Shown here in pieces: positions 58,878-60,533 of a stretch of 60,533 bases of DNA. Location: positions 1 to 60,533 of the forward strand of contig JBFRWI010000175.1 in NCBI GenBank assembly GCA_051439505.1, written 5' to 3'. The DNA is from Hormoscilla sp. Lineage in GTDB: Bacteria; Cyanobacteriota; Cyanobacteriia; Cyanobacteriales; Desertifilaceae. Each line of letters opens with the position of its first letter. Position 1 is the first letter of the stretch. The notes beneath the pieces were generated by a model. That model made no database searches, was not told the DNA's origin, and was given only the letters and a program-made list of their open reading frames with translations. A program made the position numbers and the translations under genes.

Positions 58878-60332
58878 TTAAGGACTGACTGGCATTCCCG
58901 GCGACAAGGGAGAGTCCGGTAGCGGTAACAAGACCTCTTCTCCTGGGTTAAGACCGGAGGTCACTTCCACTGTACTCAATCCTTCTAATCCCAAGGTAAC
59001 ATCTCGTTTTTCAGCTAACCCTTGATTATCTTTCACCCACACGAAGGACTTCTTTCCCAACCGCCCAATTGCCTGTACTGGCAATGTTACTACATCTTCC
59101 TGCTGCTGCAAAACGATCTCCACACTTACCTGACTGCCGGGAATGAGGATACCACTGGGTTCGTCCAGCAACACTATTGCAGATACCGTTGCTACTCCCG
59201 AACTATTGCTGCTAGTACCACCCGTAGTTGCCTGGGGAGACACTGTCTCAACTCGTCCCCTAAACGTGCGATCGTCCAGACCGATGACATTTATTCGAGC
59301 CAGTTGGTTGGGCTTGACTTTGGTAGCATTGAGTATGGAAAGATTCAATTTCACCAATTCCTGACTGGGATCCCCCAGAGTCAGCAATTCATCTCCCACC
59401 TGGACCACAGACCCCTTTTTCACTTGCATGTCCAGGATCTTACCATCAATTGTCGCCGTGACGATGCTGTTCAGCAATTTGGACTGGGTTTCTTGATAAT
59501 CTAGTTGACTCAACTGCAGTTGACTGCTATTGTTGTTAACTTGGAACTGCGCCTTTTGCAGTTCTAACTTCGCGGAGACGATCGCATCTCTAAGTTCCCG
59601 TTCCTTCTGTTGCTGCTGAAACTGAAGACGCTGGGTTTCCAGAGTTTTGGTTGTGACTGTTAACCGCGCATCCCGCAAAGCCGATTTCGCCCTGCGCACC
59701 CCTTCCTCCTGGTCTCGCACTTCATTTGCCGCTATGAAACCCCTTTCAAATAGTGCTTTCAGTTCTTCTAGCTTACCTTCTGCTGCTGCTAGTTCCTCCT
59801 CTTTCTCCGTCACCTTCGCCCGATCGTTTGCCAGATTAAGTTCCTGCTTTCTAATCTCCAACTGTTCGGCACTCATCTGGGAGTCAAACTCCTGAAGTTT
59901 CCGTTCGGCAGTTTTGAGTTTTTCCTGTTTTTCGACAACTTCCTGACGACTTCTTGCCAGAGTAATTTCCTTTTGCTGAATCTCTAACTGTTTTTTTGTA
60001 AGGATAGTTTCTCGCTCCGGGTTGCGCAGGATAACCAGTTCCTGACCTGATTTGGCCAACCCTCCCAACTGCACCCGCACCTGCTCCACTACCCCTTCTG
60101 CTGGTGATTTTAATGTCTGTTGACTGCCTAATTCTACCGTACCACTTTCATTAATTGTGTCTTCAATCCTGCCCAGCTTGACATTAATGGTCGGCACTGA
60201 GACTGGTTCTGGGGAGCGATCGATCGCCAGGCTATAGAGTAATATACCCCCAGCGGCCAGTGCGGTTATAACTCCTGACCAGCCGAGCCATTGCACTCCA
60301 CGCTTGAATTTCTGCTTACTCAATTGTTCCAT
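58878..60332 (-). CDS. Efflux membrane fusion (periplasmic adaptor, HlyD-like) protein
   Basis: N-terminal TM, lipoyl halves (KSPAEGVV / ATIDGKI), long coiled coil, VTLGLEG...VEVTSGL.PGEEV. Confidence 0.9.
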   Translation of the reverse strand: MEQLSKQKFKRGVQWLGWSGVITALAAGGILLYSLAIDRSPEPVSVPTINVKLGRIEDTINESGTVELGSQQTLKSPAEGVVEQVRVQLGGLAKSGQELVILRNPERETILTKKQLEIQQKEITLARSRQEVVEKQEKLKTAERKLQEFDSQMSAEQLEIRKQELNLANDRAKVTEKEEELAAAEGKLEELKALFERGFIAANEVRDQEEGVRRAKSALRDARLTVTTKTLETQRLQFQQQQKERELRDAIVSAKLELQKAQFQVNNNSSQLQLSQLDYQETQSKLLNSIVTATIDGKILDMQVKKGSVVQVGDELLTLGDPSQELVKLNLSILNATKVKPNQLARINVIGLDDRTFRGRVETVSPQATTGGTSSNSSGVATVSAIVLLDEPSGILIPGSQVSVEIVLQQQEDVVTLPVQAIGRLGKKSFVWVKDNQGLAEKRDVTLGLEGLSTVEVTSGLNPGEEVLLPLPDSPLSPGMPVSP

Positions 60333-60407
60333 CAAGAGAGGCTCGCGACTCCCTCTCATTATCTAACATATTTGCCTCGCCGTCAACCCTTCTCACCTGC
60401 TCCCCAC

Positions 60408-60533
60408 GGGTGTGGTCAAAAGTAGTTGATCGCCCGATCCCCCCCAAACCCCCCCTTCCAAAAGGGGGGGCTCCGGAAGCCCCCCTTTTTAAGGGGGGTT
60501 TGGGGGGATCGGGGCAACTGGGAGGGCCCTAGA
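60408..60533. mobile_element. MITE family B (runs off the window)
   Basis: GGGTGTGGTCAAAAGTAGTTG left end and the same CCCCCC/GGGGGG interior as 28050-28201. Confidence 0.75.

Noticed and set aside
1..60533. Abundant GCGATCGC
   Set aside because: This is HIP1, the well-known cyanobacterial octamer; useful for taxonomy but not novel.

Overview
This is a 60.5-kb chromosomal window from a filamentous cyanobacterium, probably Oscillatoriales-like, judged from dense HIP1 GCGATCGC, heptamer STRRs, xisH/xisI and PEP-CTERM genes. Core blocks are hisD-rpsT-tatD-rpoB-rpoC2 (no rpoC1), cyclophilin-efp-accB-sbcC, and ybaB-murB-murC / gap2 / thiL. Accessory regions are: (i) MITE-disrupted xisH, xisI and a DUF433/PIN toxin-antitoxin pair; (ii) a GNAT-like gene, an RnfD/UnbU-like membrane domain fused to an FG-GAP/UnbV domain, a SnoaL gene and two fatty-acid desaturases; (iii) a 5.3-kb patch between directly repeated 28-bp dif-like (11-6-11) sites, holding a PEP-CTERM gene, a nested IS1 and a nitrilase-fold gene followed by a 58-bp integron attC; (iv) an ECF-like sigma factor, a DUF1822 protein and a membrane pentapeptide-CHAT protease, next to a thrombospondin-C PEP-CTERM gene preceded by three GGAAT-N17-CGTT motifs; (v) an Rpn nuclease with a duplicated C-terminal module, a four-EF-hand calmodulin-like protein, SQR, and a TolC/ABC/MFP efflux cluster interrupted by a toxin-antitoxin pair whose toxin has a nonsense codon. 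The HisD appears to lack its catalytic and Zn-binding residues. I recognised no rRNA, tRNA or CRISPR array. All family calls come from motif recognition by eye; no database search was run.
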